A DNA stretch of 64,000 bases from the human T2T-CHM13v2.0 reference genome, Homo sapiens, in the NCBI RefSeq assembly GCF_009914755.1, contig NC_060947.1. One strand, 5' to 3'. The notes below the pieces were generated by a model, which made no database searches, was not told the origin of the DNA, and saw only the letters and a program-made list of their open reading frames with translations. The position numbers and the translations under genes were made by a program. How positions within the stretch are numbered: position 1 is the first letter of the stretch; each line of letters begins with the position of its first letter. Positions 1 through 13,275 of this stretch are shown piece by piece.

Positions 1-306
1 TAGACCTGCCTCATTCTTTGAACTAGATATATTAATTTTATATTATTTATGTACCATAACTTTTTACCCATTTCATTATTGACACAAATTTTGATTGTTT
101 GAAATTTTTATGCTTACTAGCAGCTCTATGAGTATAATCCTGTTAAATAAATTCCTAAGTACTTCTGTAGATGCATAAAATTTTATTTTGCTCCTATTCC
201 TAAAGTGCTTTTAGAGAAGTACTTATCACATTTTCTCCAACTTTATTAGTACCTATTTCTCCACAGCTGGATTGTATCTGTCTTTTAACTTTTTCTAACA
301 TGAAAT

Positions 307-770
307 GTATATTAGCTTGCTAGGGTGACCATAACAAAGTATCACAAACTGAATGGATTAAGCAATGGAAATTTGCTATCTCACAGTTCTAGAGGCTAGA
401 AGTCTGAGATCAAGGTGTTGGCAGGATTGGTTCCTTCCGAGGAGAATGAGGGAGAATCTATTCCATGCCCCTCCCTACCTCCTGGTGGTTGTTAGCAACC
501 TTTGGCATTCTTTGGCTTGTTTAAACATCACCCTCAAGTCTGCATTTATCTTCACATGGTGTTTTTCCTGTGTGTGTCTATCTCCAAATTTCCCCCTTTT
601 TATAAGGGCATCAGTCATATTGGATTAGGGTCCCACCATAATCCAGTATTACCTCATCTTAACGAATTATATCTGCAATTATCCTAATTACAAATAAGGT
701 TACATTCCAATGTACTGGGGGTTAGAACCTCAACATATGAATTTTGGGGAGGTATTAATACAATATACAT
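307..770 (-). mobile_element. ERVL-MaLR solo LTR (MLT1C-like)
   Basis: Typical MLT1 antisense text: 'ccataacaaagtatcacaaactg...ctcacagttctagaggctagaagtctgagatcaaggtgttggcagg...ggggttagaacctcaacatatgaattttgggg'. Confidence 0.85.
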
Positions 771-814
771 TAGTTATACAATAGGCATAAGATATTTTAT
801 TATTGTTAAGATAT

Positions 815-877
815 TGTATTAATCAGGGTTCTCCAGAGAAACAGAATTAATTACATGTCTATTTTAGATAGATAGAT

Positions 878-924
<47 letters not shown>

Positions 925-1388
925 GATAGATAGATAGATAGATTCTGTTTCCATGGAGAAACAGAGAGAGAGAGAGAGAGACAGGTGTTGGCAAGCTGGA
1001 GACCCCAGAGAGCCAATAGTGTATTTTCTTTTCTAGTCGAAAGGCCTGAGAACCAGGAGAGCTAATGGTATAAGTTCCATTGTGAAAGGCAGCAGGCTTG
1101 TGACTATTAAGACCCAATTTTTCAGCTTAACTCCTAAAATAAGAAAAGACCAGATATCGCAGTTCAGGCAGTCAGGCAGGTGAAGTTCCTCTTAGTCTTT
1201 TGTTCTATTCAGGTATTGACTGGATGAGGCACTCTCACATTAGGGAAGGCCATCTCCTTTAAACAGTCTACCGATTTAATGTTAATCTCATCCAGAAATA
1301 CCCTCACGGACACACCCAAATAATCTTTGGCCAAATGTCTGAGCTCTCCATAGCCCAGTGAAGTTGACACATAACATTAACCATCACA
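815..1388 (-). mobile_element. ERVL solo LTR (MLT2 family) with internal GATA microsatellite
   Basis: Begins 'tgtattaatcagggttctccagagaaacagaa', ends 'gaagttgacacataacattaaccatcaca' (reverse complement of the MLT2 start). Confidence 0.88.
865..942. repeat. Compound tetranucleotide STR (TAGA)3 TGA (TAGA)11 TGA (TAGA)4
   Basis: Read directly from the sequence. Confidence 0.97.
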
Positions 1389-1436
1389 GTGTGCAGCTTA
1401 ACATAAATATAACTGTGCAATTTTGATGTTTATTGA

Positions 1437-1785
<349 letters not shown>

Positions 1786-3159
1786 TCCTTTGCCCATTTT
1801 TCTATTGGAGACTCATTTAAAAGCTCTGTGCTTGATTAATTAAAAGGCCATAAAACAATTAGTAAGCATATTGAGAACAAATACAAGCAACCATAATTCA
1901 AAACGATTTTTATTTTCAAATATCACCTTCCAGTGATTTTTCATTATGAAAGCTCATTGTTGCATGATAGCAGCTGTAATATATAATTTTGTATTATGGT
2001 TTTTGGATTTATTTTACATCAAATATTAAAGTATCATTTAAATTTTTATCATAAAATAAAAGTGGTGAGAAGAAGACTGTTTGAAAAGATGGCATTTGTT
2101 GAGATACAGTCCAAGGTGAAAAGAAAGCTCTTACAGTTTTACTATACTTCTTTCCCCCTCTTTACTTCCTGGGTTACTGTTTTTGTCTCTCATACTGCTT
2201 TGCTATTCCCTCCAGAAATGGTCCAGGGCAGTCCAAGATTAAATAACACAGCAAAGCCACCAGCCTTTCTCAGTAAGTTCTCACAGGGGACAGGAAACTT
2301 GCACACTGGAAAAATATAAGCAGGGCACTATGTTGGCTCCCTAGCAATGCTGACACTTTGTATAAACTTTCTGACAAGGCAAATCTTACACACTGCACAT
2401 GAGTGCTACATACACTAATTTGAATGGAGTTAGAGCCAGAGTATAAGGTTCTGGAAAACAGTGTTTCATTAAAAAACAAGTCAATTCAATCAGGTCCTGA
2501 AAGTCACATACATAGCAAAGGACCTTTCAGAAATACTGAACCCAGCCTGTCTGAAAGACTGCCCTTCTCCAAGGGTTTCAGGTTACTTCCCTGTGCCCTA
2601 AGCTGTTATTTCTTGAAAGACACAGCTGCAGACCAGCTTGATGTAATTTTTCTTAGGAAGGCAGCCTAGGGCATTGGGGAAAAAAGCTACAGTTAGAATT
2701 AGAGATCCAGAAAACTGAGGAAGGGACGTGACTTTCTCAAGCTTATACCTATAATGAGAACTGGGATAAGAATTCTAGTCTTCTGTTTCCTCGTTATGTT
2801 CAAAGGAAATATTGGCTTCAATGCTTTGTTTAAATTTAGGGTAATCTCTAGTTCTATTATTCAAAATTCATTGTTTATTAGACTGAGTTTGAATTGTGGC
2901 TTTGCCTCTTATTAAATGTGTAATTTTGTTAAAATATTTATCTGTGCTTTTTGCAAATAACTACCTCACTCACAAGTTGTAATGTATATAAAATGCTAAA
3001 TTCAATGCCTAGCCTATAACAATCAATTAATAGTAGCCAGTAACTGGCATTATTATTATTATTAAAATAATAACTGTATTTTCACAAATGTAGAGGAACC
3101 TTTCCTTTTCCATTTCATAGAATCATAAAAATGTTAAAACTCTCAGATCTTAGAGAGAA

Positions 3160-3285
3160 GTAATCCAATTTGCTAGTCTTTCAGATGAGAAACCTGAAGG
3201 CTAGACCTGGCCAAATCACCCAGCTAGTTAGTTGTGGAACCAGAATTGGAAGCTTGGCTTCCTGGCCCTGAGTTCTTACTACTCC
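3160..3285 (-). mobile_element. MIR fragment
   Basis: 'cagatgagaaacctgaagg...aaatcacccagctagttagttgtggaaccagaattggaa' MIR core. Confidence 0.6.
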
Positions 3286-4486
3286 ACCCCTCTCCAGTTT
3301 CACTTCTGGTCTGTCTCATTCCCTGACGAACAACTCCCACAGGCTGGCTGTTCCCAGTGCCCATACCTCTGCTTCCCTTCAACCCTTCTAAAGGTTCCTC
3401 TGGGGAAAGAGGATAAAGCCTCTTTCAGTTTTACTCCTGATCCATGCTCATTCCTAGAAGGGTAAGGCTTGTGCATCCTGACCTCAATTCTCTTACTTCC
3501 TTTGGCTATTCTGTTAGCCAGAGTAGCTCCCCTCCCCAGTTCTCTCTCCTTCTCTCCATTACCTACACCATATCATATCTCTCACAATAATCTGTGTGTC
3601 TGGTCGCAGGATTGCTCATCCCCATTTTTATCTAAAATGGCTTAAGTTATTTTCCCCAAGGCAATAGCCAATGTCCTGTGAAAGAAGAAAGAACAGCTCT
3701 TTCTCTCTCTCCTTGATTAGCAGATCTACCATCCTCTCTATTAACAACATCTAATCAGTGGGCTTCTTTGATGTCTTGCTTCTCCATTTGGTTGCTAAAA
3801 TTGAATTCATATAAATACAGATCCTCCCTAGTACAGTCTGGGTGAACAAAAGATAGAGAACAATTATTAAAGTTTGGAAGGGATCATAGATTTTCATCTC
3901 CTTATGTCATAGATAGAGAAACTGATGCCCAGAGGGTTTCAATGACAGCTTCTTGGACCCAAGATTTATGTGGTGGAGTTTCCTGGATCAGACACTAGGA
4001 GAATTGATAAATAAGCTTTAGAAGTTTGGTGCTTCAGAAACATCTGCAATTTTTTTTTTCTTTTCTGGATGTAAGTGAAGAAACAGGAGGCAATATGACA
4101 GGCTGGCAGTGACAACAGAAAGATATGGCAGCCCCCCTGGAAGAGATCAAAAGGAGGTTTTCTTTTTTGTTGTTGTTGTTGTGGGTTTTTTTTTTTTTTT
4201 TTTGCCCTACCTTCCTCTGAGTTTTTGATGTACTATGGGAAGGGAAAACAAGGGCAGCACATCCCAAAGAGGGAATGTCTGGATCACAGGTTTTGGAAGG
4301 AACTACAATCTGTATTTGCTGAACTTTCTGGGAAAGCTGGAAAAGGTTTGCCAGAATAAGAATCAGCTTGCATAACCAAGTTCATCATCAGGCAACGTGA
4401 GCTTGCTTTATTCATGACCACTGAAACTCATGTCAGTAACTAGAATGAGAATTGAAAGCACAGCCCATATCAGTGTCCAAAAAAAG

Positions 4487-4490
<4 letters not shown>

Positions 4491-4518
<28 letters not shown>
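4491..4518. repeat. (CA)14 microsatellite
   Basis: Read directly. Confidence 0.97.
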
Positions 4519-4519
<1 letters not shown>

Positions 4520-6099
4520 CAATGCCTTTTCCTGGTCATTGTACTTGTCTATTCAACATTGTTCTAGAGGTACCAAGAATTTAGAGAGCAATTCTGTGAC
4601 ATGGACCTCAGTGTCTCATATGATATATTCTTGAGGGAAGATACCAGATGAAGACAGTGCATATTTCATTAAACTAGTCACAAGGGGAATTGTGAGAAGA
4701 AACACTCATAAATTTCCTAACCAAATATGAGACCATGAATGTGACAGGACTGAAGGCCAGTTTCAAGTCCACAGCCCAAGGCACAAAATCCATTTCTTTT
4801 CCACTTTTGTCTTCATTTTGGGAACTTTGCTTTGCTGTATACTGTCTATGCAAAGGACAAAAGATAAAACTTCTACATTAAATATCTCTAAGTCGGGATT
4901 ATAATAAAATAAGAAAGTAATTCAGGATCACAATAAAAGTACATATGTATAGGTAAAGAGCAGATTGAACAAACTTACATCAATAAATTCTAATTATTTT
5001 TATGTTTTTAAAGCCATAAAACCACAAAATGTAGGGAAACAGGAAAGGATGCAACACTAACACAATTTTGGAAACTGGAAAGCTGATGGACAAGCAGGCA
5101 TAAAAGATTTTAGGAAACATGAGAACACTGAATTTGAAGAGATCAACAAGGAAACAACACAATGTACTTCAACTTACACAACAGAATCCCCAATGGCAGC
5201 ATTTATGTATCTCTAGAAGTAGGGGAGAGAAGGGGAAAGGAAAGATCCAAAAGAAGGAAATTGAGTTCAAAATCTATTTAAGAAACAATTAGGTTGCTAG
5301 ATCTACTCTTTTACCCTTTGAAATTTCTTCCACTCACCCTAGAACATTATTGGAGATTTATTTTCTGGAAAGATCAAAAGTAGGGTCTTTGTGCCTTGTG
5401 TTCACGATTGAAACAGATAATATGGACAGTGAGGTCTCCCCAGACCTCTTTTCCATGTTGCTCTCAGAATTCCAGTCACCATGCCTTCATCCTTAAGGCA
5501 AGCCTTGAGGCTACAAGAAGAGCCTACTCTAAGGAATATGATCTCCCCCAAAGAGGAAAGCCTTAATCAAAGTTTCCCCAAAGAAAGGGCCCAGCCAGAT
5601 AACCCTATGGAAATATTCACAGTTGATCAATTCAACTCTAAAAGCTTCCAGTCAGCTTTTTAGTGTCCCTCTTGTAAATGTAAACAGACAGCCAAGGATC
5701 ATCAGATGAGCAAAAAAAGCAATTAGAGGAAACAGTTATTTTGTTTAACCTTTCCTCTTCCCAAATAACCTATCAGCACCTCACAGAGCTGAGAAGATAC
5801 TGCAACCATGAAAAAACAAGGACAAGAAAGAAGAGAGATTTAAAAGAAGAATATTTAAAATAAAAATATAAATGCAGACATAAATATATAACACTATATG
5901 ATACACATAAATGCATACATTTAATTATCTCATATATACACAATATTTCCTCTAATTCTGTTCTTGTAGTCCATGCCCAGGGGCTGTAGTGCAACTAGGT
6001 TCTTTAAGTACTTCATAAACTAAGATTGCTTGTATAAAGTCCAAGATGCATCCTGTGTATACTAAATTATAGTTCACTAAAATTGTTTTCTTATAACAA

Positions 6100-6295
6100 T
6101 ACTATAATATACACCATTTATTGAATGGCTACTATGTACTAAGAATTAAGCTGAATACCTTTAACCCATTCTTTCATTTAATCCTCACAACTCTGCAAGG
6201 TAGTATTATCAGAGAAGTTAAGTATCTGGCTGGCACTCAGCTGGTAAGTGGTAGAGTTGTGGTATAAACCCAAATCTACCCGAGTCCAAACCCCT
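6100..6295 (-). mobile_element. MIR fragment
   Basis: 'catttattgaatggctactatgtac...tcatttaatcctcacaac...cagagaagttaagt...cagctggtaagtggtagag'. Confidence 0.7.
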
Positions 6296-6499
6296 TCAAG
6301 TGCAACATGGGTATTAAGATATCCATTCAATGGCTTGTTCCGTTACCAGCAGGTTTAGGGTCTTTGCTTAGGCCCAGCCTGGCTGGTCTGCCCTTGTTAT
6401 ATTCTTTGTTCACTCTTCCTCCATGATGGGTCATCCATGAAGAAAGCAGTTTTCTGGACACTAAATATCTTATCCTTGGTTAAGATAATGCTATCATTT

Positions 6500-6502
<3 letters not shown>

Positions 6503-6544
<42 letters not shown>
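6503..6544. repeat. (CA)21 microsatellite
   Basis: Read directly. Confidence 0.97.
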
Positions 6545-6546
<2 letters not shown>

Positions 6547-7209
6547 TATTTATGTATATATAATTTTTGAATTTATCTTCCTCTGTTTATTATTTCTCTT
6601 CTCCCCCAGGGATTTTTCCCCCAACTGTGTCTAGGCACATAGGACTGACAAGCTCAGGCATGAATTTTAAATCCTGCTATTCAGAGCCCACAGTTGTCAT
6701 CCTTTCTGCTGAGCTGGCCATTCTGGTTAGTAATTGTTTGGCTTTTTAAACTGCTGAGTCAGTCCCAGAGATAACTAGCCCTCTGTCAGCCTAGTAGCAG
6801 AAACATAAAATTCAGGTTAGAACATCAGTTCTGCCACATTTAAGGCTATTATAAATTGGGGGCTTATTTAAATGAAGCTTTCAGACTGGCATAGGCTTTT
6901 CTGTAACATGAGTCCTGTTTCCATGAGACACAGCAGGGAGATTATCATATTCTATTAACTCGCTGGCCTTCCCACCTCTTCGTCACCTATGGGGCCTCAT
7001 AGGACCCTGCTTCATGAAAGGGTGACAGTGTCTGACCCACAGCTTTAGAAGGCCTCAAAATAAATTTTCTAAGTACACAGAGATAATGAGGCTTTGATAA
7101 TTGAGTCACATTGACCCATCACCCAGATATCTTCCGAGGACAGACAGTACTAGCCATAGTATCTGGGTACTTGCTGGCTTCTGTCACAGAGGGTGGTTTG
7201 CTCCTCATG

Positions 7210-7531
7210 TTTCTTTTTTTTTTTTTAGCTTTTTTTTTTTTTTTTCAGAGACAGGGTCTAGCTCTGTTGCCCAGGCCAGAGTGCAGTGGTGCAATCATAG
7301 CTCACTGCAGCCTCAAACTCCTGGGCTCGAGTAATCCCCCCAATCTCAGCCTCCCAAGTAGCTGGGACTACAAGCGTGTGCCAACAAGCCGGGCTAATTT
7401 TTTGTATTTCTTGTAGAGATGGGATTTCACCATGTTGGCCAGGCTAGTCTTGAACTCCTGGGATCAAGTGATCCACCTGCCTCGGTCTCCCAAAGTACTG
7501 AAATAAAAAGCATGAGCCATTGCACCTGGCC
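7210..7531 (-). mobile_element. Alu (AluJ)
   Basis: J-type 'gagacagggtct...atcatagctcactgcagcctcaaactcctgggctc'; TSD 'tgctcctcat'. Confidence 0.95.
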
Positions 7532-7748
7532 TGCTCCTCATTCTGAGATTTACTTTGATTTTGGACTTCTCATATAACTCCTGGCTTCAGAATCTCTCTT
7601 GCATATTTCTTGGATTAATGGTGTGGGGAGTGTTCTATTTAACACACACATTAAGAGTAATTTTAACCCATCTTGTTTTCCACTGAGATTTGGAGAATTT
7701 CTCAAAGATTGGTCCATGGATCACTTACATCAGGATTACCTGGGAAGC

Positions 7749-8378
7749 TTGGATCTCCATAAACAGAGTTTGAGGCAAAGGTTTTGATACACATCATTTA
7801 TTTGGGAAGTGAACTCAGGGGGCAAGGGTAAAAAACTGAAGGAATAAAAGGGAAGCTGGACAAGACAACAAAAAAATGCATTATTAAGTTGGCCACTGCT
7901 ACTAGTAACTGGTGTTTGAATTTGAAGAAATCTCTAAAAATCCTAATGAAATAGATCTCAGACCGGTTCACCTGGGGATGAGAGAGAGAATCATCTATCT
8001 ATTGCATCTCATCCCCCATTGGCCAAGGGCCACCCAAGGAGTGTTAACTCCTCCATATTCTGAGTTACTCATGTGTCACAGCTGAGTGGGAGGCAGCAGG
8101 ATTCCATGCTATTGTGTAAGAGAAGCCTGGAGCAAGAAGCAAGAAACATGAGGTGTTGGCTGGGAGAGAAGTGCTATCCAGGTGCACCTGTGTGAAACAG
8201 CCCAATCTACTTCGAATTGTAACAGGTGCTATCCAGGTGTAACAGTGCTATCCAGTGCTATCCAGGTGCACCTGTGTGAAACAGACCACTCTACTTCGAA
8301 TTGTTTCATATCAAGGCTACTGGAATCCAAGATTGGGCCAAAATTATAAAGAGAAGCTTAAGGGGGTTTTGATACATC
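7749..8378 (-). mobile_element. ERVL LTR16-like solo LTR
   Basis: 'cagagtttgaggcaaagg...tttatttgggaagtga...ccccattggccaagg'; resembles the copy at 14722-15365. Confidence 0.6.
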
Positions 8379-8411
8379 ATGTAAAAATGCCAGTTTCTAG
8401 TTGTTATCCAT

Positions 8412-8851
8412 TGTTATGGGTTGAATTGTGTGTTTTAAAAATTGCATACATTGAAGTCTTAGCCCCTGGTACCTCAGAATGTAGTGCTATTTGGAAATAG
8501 GGTCATTGCAGATGTAATTAGTTAAATAATTCTTACCTTACTTAAATTGGAGTAGGGTGGGCTTCTCATCCAATATGACTTGTGTCCTTAGAAAAGAAAT
8601 TTGAACACACATGCATACAGAGAGATTACCATGTGAAGACAGAAGTTATGCTGCCACAAGCCCAGGAGCTATCACAAGTTAGGAAGGACATCTGGAAAAG
8701 ATCTTTTTCTAGCCCTTTCAGAAGGAGGGTGACTCTGCCAACCCCTTGATCTTAGACTCCAGCCTCCAGAATCATGAGACAATAAATTTCTGTTGTTTAA
8801 GCTGTCTAGTTTTGTGGTAATTTGTTACAGCAGCCCTAGAAAACGAATGCA
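8412..8851 (+). mobile_element. ERVL-MaLR solo LTR (MLT1B-like)
   Basis: 'tgttatgggttgaattgtg...tacctcagaatgt...ttggaaatagggtcattgcagatgtaattagtt...aataaatttctgttgtttaagc...gaatgca'. Confidence 0.9.
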
Positions 8852-9286
8852 CCTGTGATCTATTGGATCACAGTCCCCAGGGGTATGATTTACACTTCTG
8901 CACTTCCAACAAGATTTTCAGGGAGTTCTATTTGCACTCCAACTTTGAGAAAGCTGGTCTAGAGTAAAATAAATAACATGGTACCTGCACCCCAGGGAGA
9001 GTGAATCCAAGGAGGTGTGCTTTTGTCCAAACACTATTTCAAAGTCCGAGACAATATACTAGATGCAGAACAACACCTTGGATATAGGGAATTCTCTTTC
9101 CAAATGTCAACTCGAGTCGCACAGTCTAGGCCATGGTTGTTCTTCAAAACCAGGGGCTAGAAAAATGGTGAAGGCGTAAACTATGACTTCACTTCCATCA
9201 CAAAACCTCTGCAGAAGACAGTGTAGATCAATTAATGGACACAATACCCCTGAACTTTTTCAACTCCCATCAAAACATAGATATGT

Positions 9287-9311
9287 ACACACACACACAC
9301 ACACACACACA
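9287..9311. repeat. (AC)12 microsatellite
   Basis: Read directly. Confidence 0.95.
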
Positions 9312-10622
9312 GAGTTATATATTATTGTGAAATAAACAGGAACAAAATGAAAACCTTGCTTGCAAAGGGCAGCACATTAACTTGTTATTTCAAAATGGAA
9401 TAGAAGTATTCAGTATACGTCAATATTAAGGAAAATGCAGACAGAAGGAGATAGAGTCAAAAGCACTAAAAGGGGGCCATTTAAACCATCAACAACTGCC
9501 TATTGTACCTTTGTAAAAGAGTAAAATCACTTGAGAGTGGGAACCAGCTCTATCCCCCACAACTCTTACCACATGTAAGAGTTTGCTCAGTGCAGAAATG
9601 TTGAACAATCTCTGACATAGTTTCTGCTCTTGGTGGACCCAGATTCTTGCTTCAGTCTAATGGGCCCTCTACTATGTTTCAACCACTCTGCAGACTGGTC
9701 AGTCTGTGCTCCCGTTTCTTGGGCACTGTGCTTAGATCTGAGATCTCACTTGAAAGGATATCACTTTGAACTCTGGCTTTGGTTTCTTTTACCTGCTAGT
9801 GATTTCTCCCCACAGCCTATAGTTCATGATATGCCAGCCTACCCCAGCACCAACGCCAGCTTCAGTAAATGAAATGTCCATCATTCCTTGGTAATTTCCC
9901 ATCGACCTCTGGTGTGAAAAAGTACTCAATAAATATTCAAATGAATTTTCAAAAATGAACAAATGGGTGAGTGGATATGGCAATAGGAGAGCATCTGTCA
10001 TGTGAACAACATTTTTGGAGTGGGGGCAATATAGGCTGGATGAGGATGACCACCGCTTCAAAGTTTTCAAAGCACTTTCATATAAATTACCAGAAACAGA
10101 ATAGATACCAAAGCACATGCAAACTGAAAATATAGGGAAGGAGACAATAAGAACCTCAAAATGAAGCCTGCCTATACGAGAAAGGAACAGATTTGGAGGG
10201 ATATGTAGAGAAGCAAAATCACTTTTTGGGGAGTTGGGAGGAGGTATGGAGAGAGAGATTGAGAGAGATGGGGGAGAGAAAGAAAGAAGAGAGGTGTGTA
10301 ATAGCCTAGGGAGTAGTTGCATGACAGATTTACAACAATCAGGAGAATTTCTTACAAGCAATATTTTTTAAACCTCCTAACTCGAGTGACTTTCTCTTGC
10401 AACAAAATGACTCTTGACTGAGAGAAATGGCCACCCATAGAATATTGCTTGCAGGGAGGGATTTTTGTTTATTTTACTTTCACCAAATAGAGCTTAGTAC
10501 AAAACAGGGGCTCAGTAGAGGCATATATAAATGTACAAAGTTGGAAACATGACTCAAGCAAAATAATTATTTTGTAATCTCCTTGCCCCAAAGCTAAAGG
10601 GGTTTCTAATTAATAGGGATAT

Positions 10623-11117
10623 TGTAGCAGGATCTCTTCCATTTGCCCTTCTAGACCTGTGCTCCATCTTTTTCCATCCTGCTTTCTGCCTTGAGAGCCT
10701 GGTCTATATAAATTATATCAATGTCTTCTTTGTCCTATAGTTTCCACTTAGGTTTGGCTCATAAAGACCCTTAGCGGAAGATCAGGGCAAAAATAAAGTG
10801 AGGTCAAAGTATTTATCTCCACATCTCCCTCCCTGACAGTTTGTCTTGAGCTGGGTGGGTTTCTCAACTGAAGGCAAACTTCTCTAGAAGACTCTTGCCT
10901 TCTGGGTCCCAGTTAGTGCTTTCTCATCTCCCTTCAGGCTAGGAAGAAGTAACATCTTTGTAGTTACCAGCACTAAGTTTTGTGGTTCCTGAAATATTTT
11001 TTATGGTTCCTCTATGTCCCACCCACATCTTTATAAATAGTGCCTTTATTAATCCTTCCTTGAAGTATCCTAATTCAAGAGCATCATCTGTTTCCTGTTG
11101 GGGCCCTGTCTAATATA
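10623..11117 (+). mobile_element. ERVL solo LTR (LTR33 family)
   Basis: LTR33-type 3' end 'tttataaatagtgcctttatt...atcctaattcaagagcatcatctgtttcctgttggggccctgtctaatata'. Confidence 0.78.
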
Positions 11118-12271
11118 GGGAAAATTCAAATTAGTTCTTTGTACAAAATAAGCCCTCTAATGTGTATCTTGGCCTCTAAAAATTACAGCTCATTGAAAAT
11201 GGATTATTTGAGATGATTTAAGTGATGAAAGAGGCAAATATTCATGTGAGAAGAAGGATTGCATTTTGTCGAAGAAATTGTTCTGCAGATGTATACAATG
11301 GCTACAGCAAAAACACATCAGTGACTACACGCTTATAAACATGGGAAAGATATAAAAATAACCCAGCATGTTCTTTGAATGGAGCCATCTGTAACATTAT
11401 TTTTATTCCTGTGTTTGGAATGAGTATATGGTGTTGGAGGTACAGTAAGGGAGATCCTGGGAAATACTTCCCTGCCCCAGGCTTGGTTTTATATATATTG
11501 AAAATAGTCTGGTTGTTTAATTATCTTATTTATATGCACTTTAATAAATAGAACCTTAATTTTAATACTTCAAGGAATTCTGATTCTTTGAAAGAATATA
11601 AGAGAACATGGAAGCATGTAAGCAATAGTATTTCCTACAAAATATATCAGAGGATCGGATGTACCCTCTGCATGTGGCTGAGGCCATTCTAAGTCATCCA
11701 CAAGGCTAAGTTAACTAGGGCTTAAACTTTAGCTAGACCCTGAGGCAAAGATGAAGTTTTTCTTGTTCATATTTTTATGGCAATGGGAAGTGCCACATAG
11801 AAAACACTTGATAAATATTTGTTGGAATAATTAGTGATTGCTCACTAAACTATCACAGACAGAGGATGTGGAAGAGGGAAAATCATTAAAAACATGGGGT
11901 TTCCTTTTCCTAGAGTTTTCTTTTGACCAGGATAGTTCTTTTACTAGGTGGGAAAAAGCTGCTGGAATCTAGTTTAGTTTTTGCAGTACAAAATCATAAC
12001 AAAGAAACAGAAACCATGGCCTCAGCCTTCAAAGAGCTTATACAAATTTGTAGTTCTTTATCTTGGTTTTCTCCTTTTTGTTTTCTTTTATAGCCTCAAG
12101 ATACTTTGCAGAACTATTTCAATATGCTAGGCAGACAGGATTTCCATGTCTTCTTGTACCTCAAGCTACTCATTTCTCCAAAATGTGACCTAGAGTAGTG
12201 GTCAAATTTATCTAATAACTTCTTTCTTTCTATTTTTTTGTTTCTTTAGTTTTTTGGCACCATTAAAAATG

Positions 12272-12433
12272 AGCCTGGGTGTGGCAGCTCATGCCTGTAA
12301 TCCCAGTGCTTTGGGAGGCTGAGGCAGGAGGATAGCTTAGGCCCAGGAGCTCAAGGCTGTAGTGAGCTATGATCATGCAACTGCACTCCAGCCTGGATGA
12401 CAGAGAGAGACCCTGTCTCTAAAAAAATTAAAA
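12272..12433 (+). mobile_element. Alu monomer (FRAM/FAM-type)
   Basis: Single about 150-bp arm 'gcctgggtgtggcagctcatgcctgtaatccc...gtagtgagctatgatc...gaccctgtctct' followed by an A tail. Confidence 0.9.
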
Positions 12434-12885
12434 GAAATCAATGAGCACATCCAAAGTTAAAAGCAAAGAGCAGTCATGGGGAAATGTGCACATTCTCCCG
12501 ATGGGGAACAAAGCCTGGCACATTCACAACTGTGAGTGGGTACTAGAGGTGCTTCAGATCTGGCAATGGCCTTGGCAGCTTTCTCATCAAAAGTACATTT
12601 TAAAAGTGATTTCAAAAAGAAAACTTACTAAAAGGCTAAAGCAGGAATAGAATGCTAAGGATACTTGAAAGTTGGCTTCAGCCTCAGTATTTAGCCAAAA
12701 TCAAATATTCCTCTTATATATCAACTTTTGAAAAGCTGAATGGCCAAACACCCACATCACCATCATTACTGGCCTTCCTCAGTAAGATCCATAATATTAA
12801 AAGGCCATGTCGTTTTTCCAGATTTATTATTAACACCTCAGTATTCATTTTCAAATATATGTAAATATTCTATAACCTGAAATGA

Positions 12886-13275
<390 letters not shown>

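Larger units (their letters stand above)
7697..8956. mobile_element. MER5A-type hAT-Charlie MITE split into three pieces (about 7697-7748, 8379-8411, 8852-8956) by two LTRs
   Basis: 'tttctcaaagattggtcc...catcaggattacctggga' / 'tgtaaaaatgccagtttc' / 'ctgcacttccaacaag...aactttgagaaagctg' appear in MER5 order. Confidence 0.6.

Noticed and set aside
8171-8304. Repeat-spacer look resembling a mini CRISPR array (also 24436-24511)
   Set aside because: Mammalian DNA, repeats only 8-10 bp, spacers derived from the repeat unit or too short, no cas genes.
9789-10361. Longest ORF (190 aa, minus strand)
   Set aside because: Non-ATG start, crosses GA-rich and L2-like sequence, no recognisable domain.
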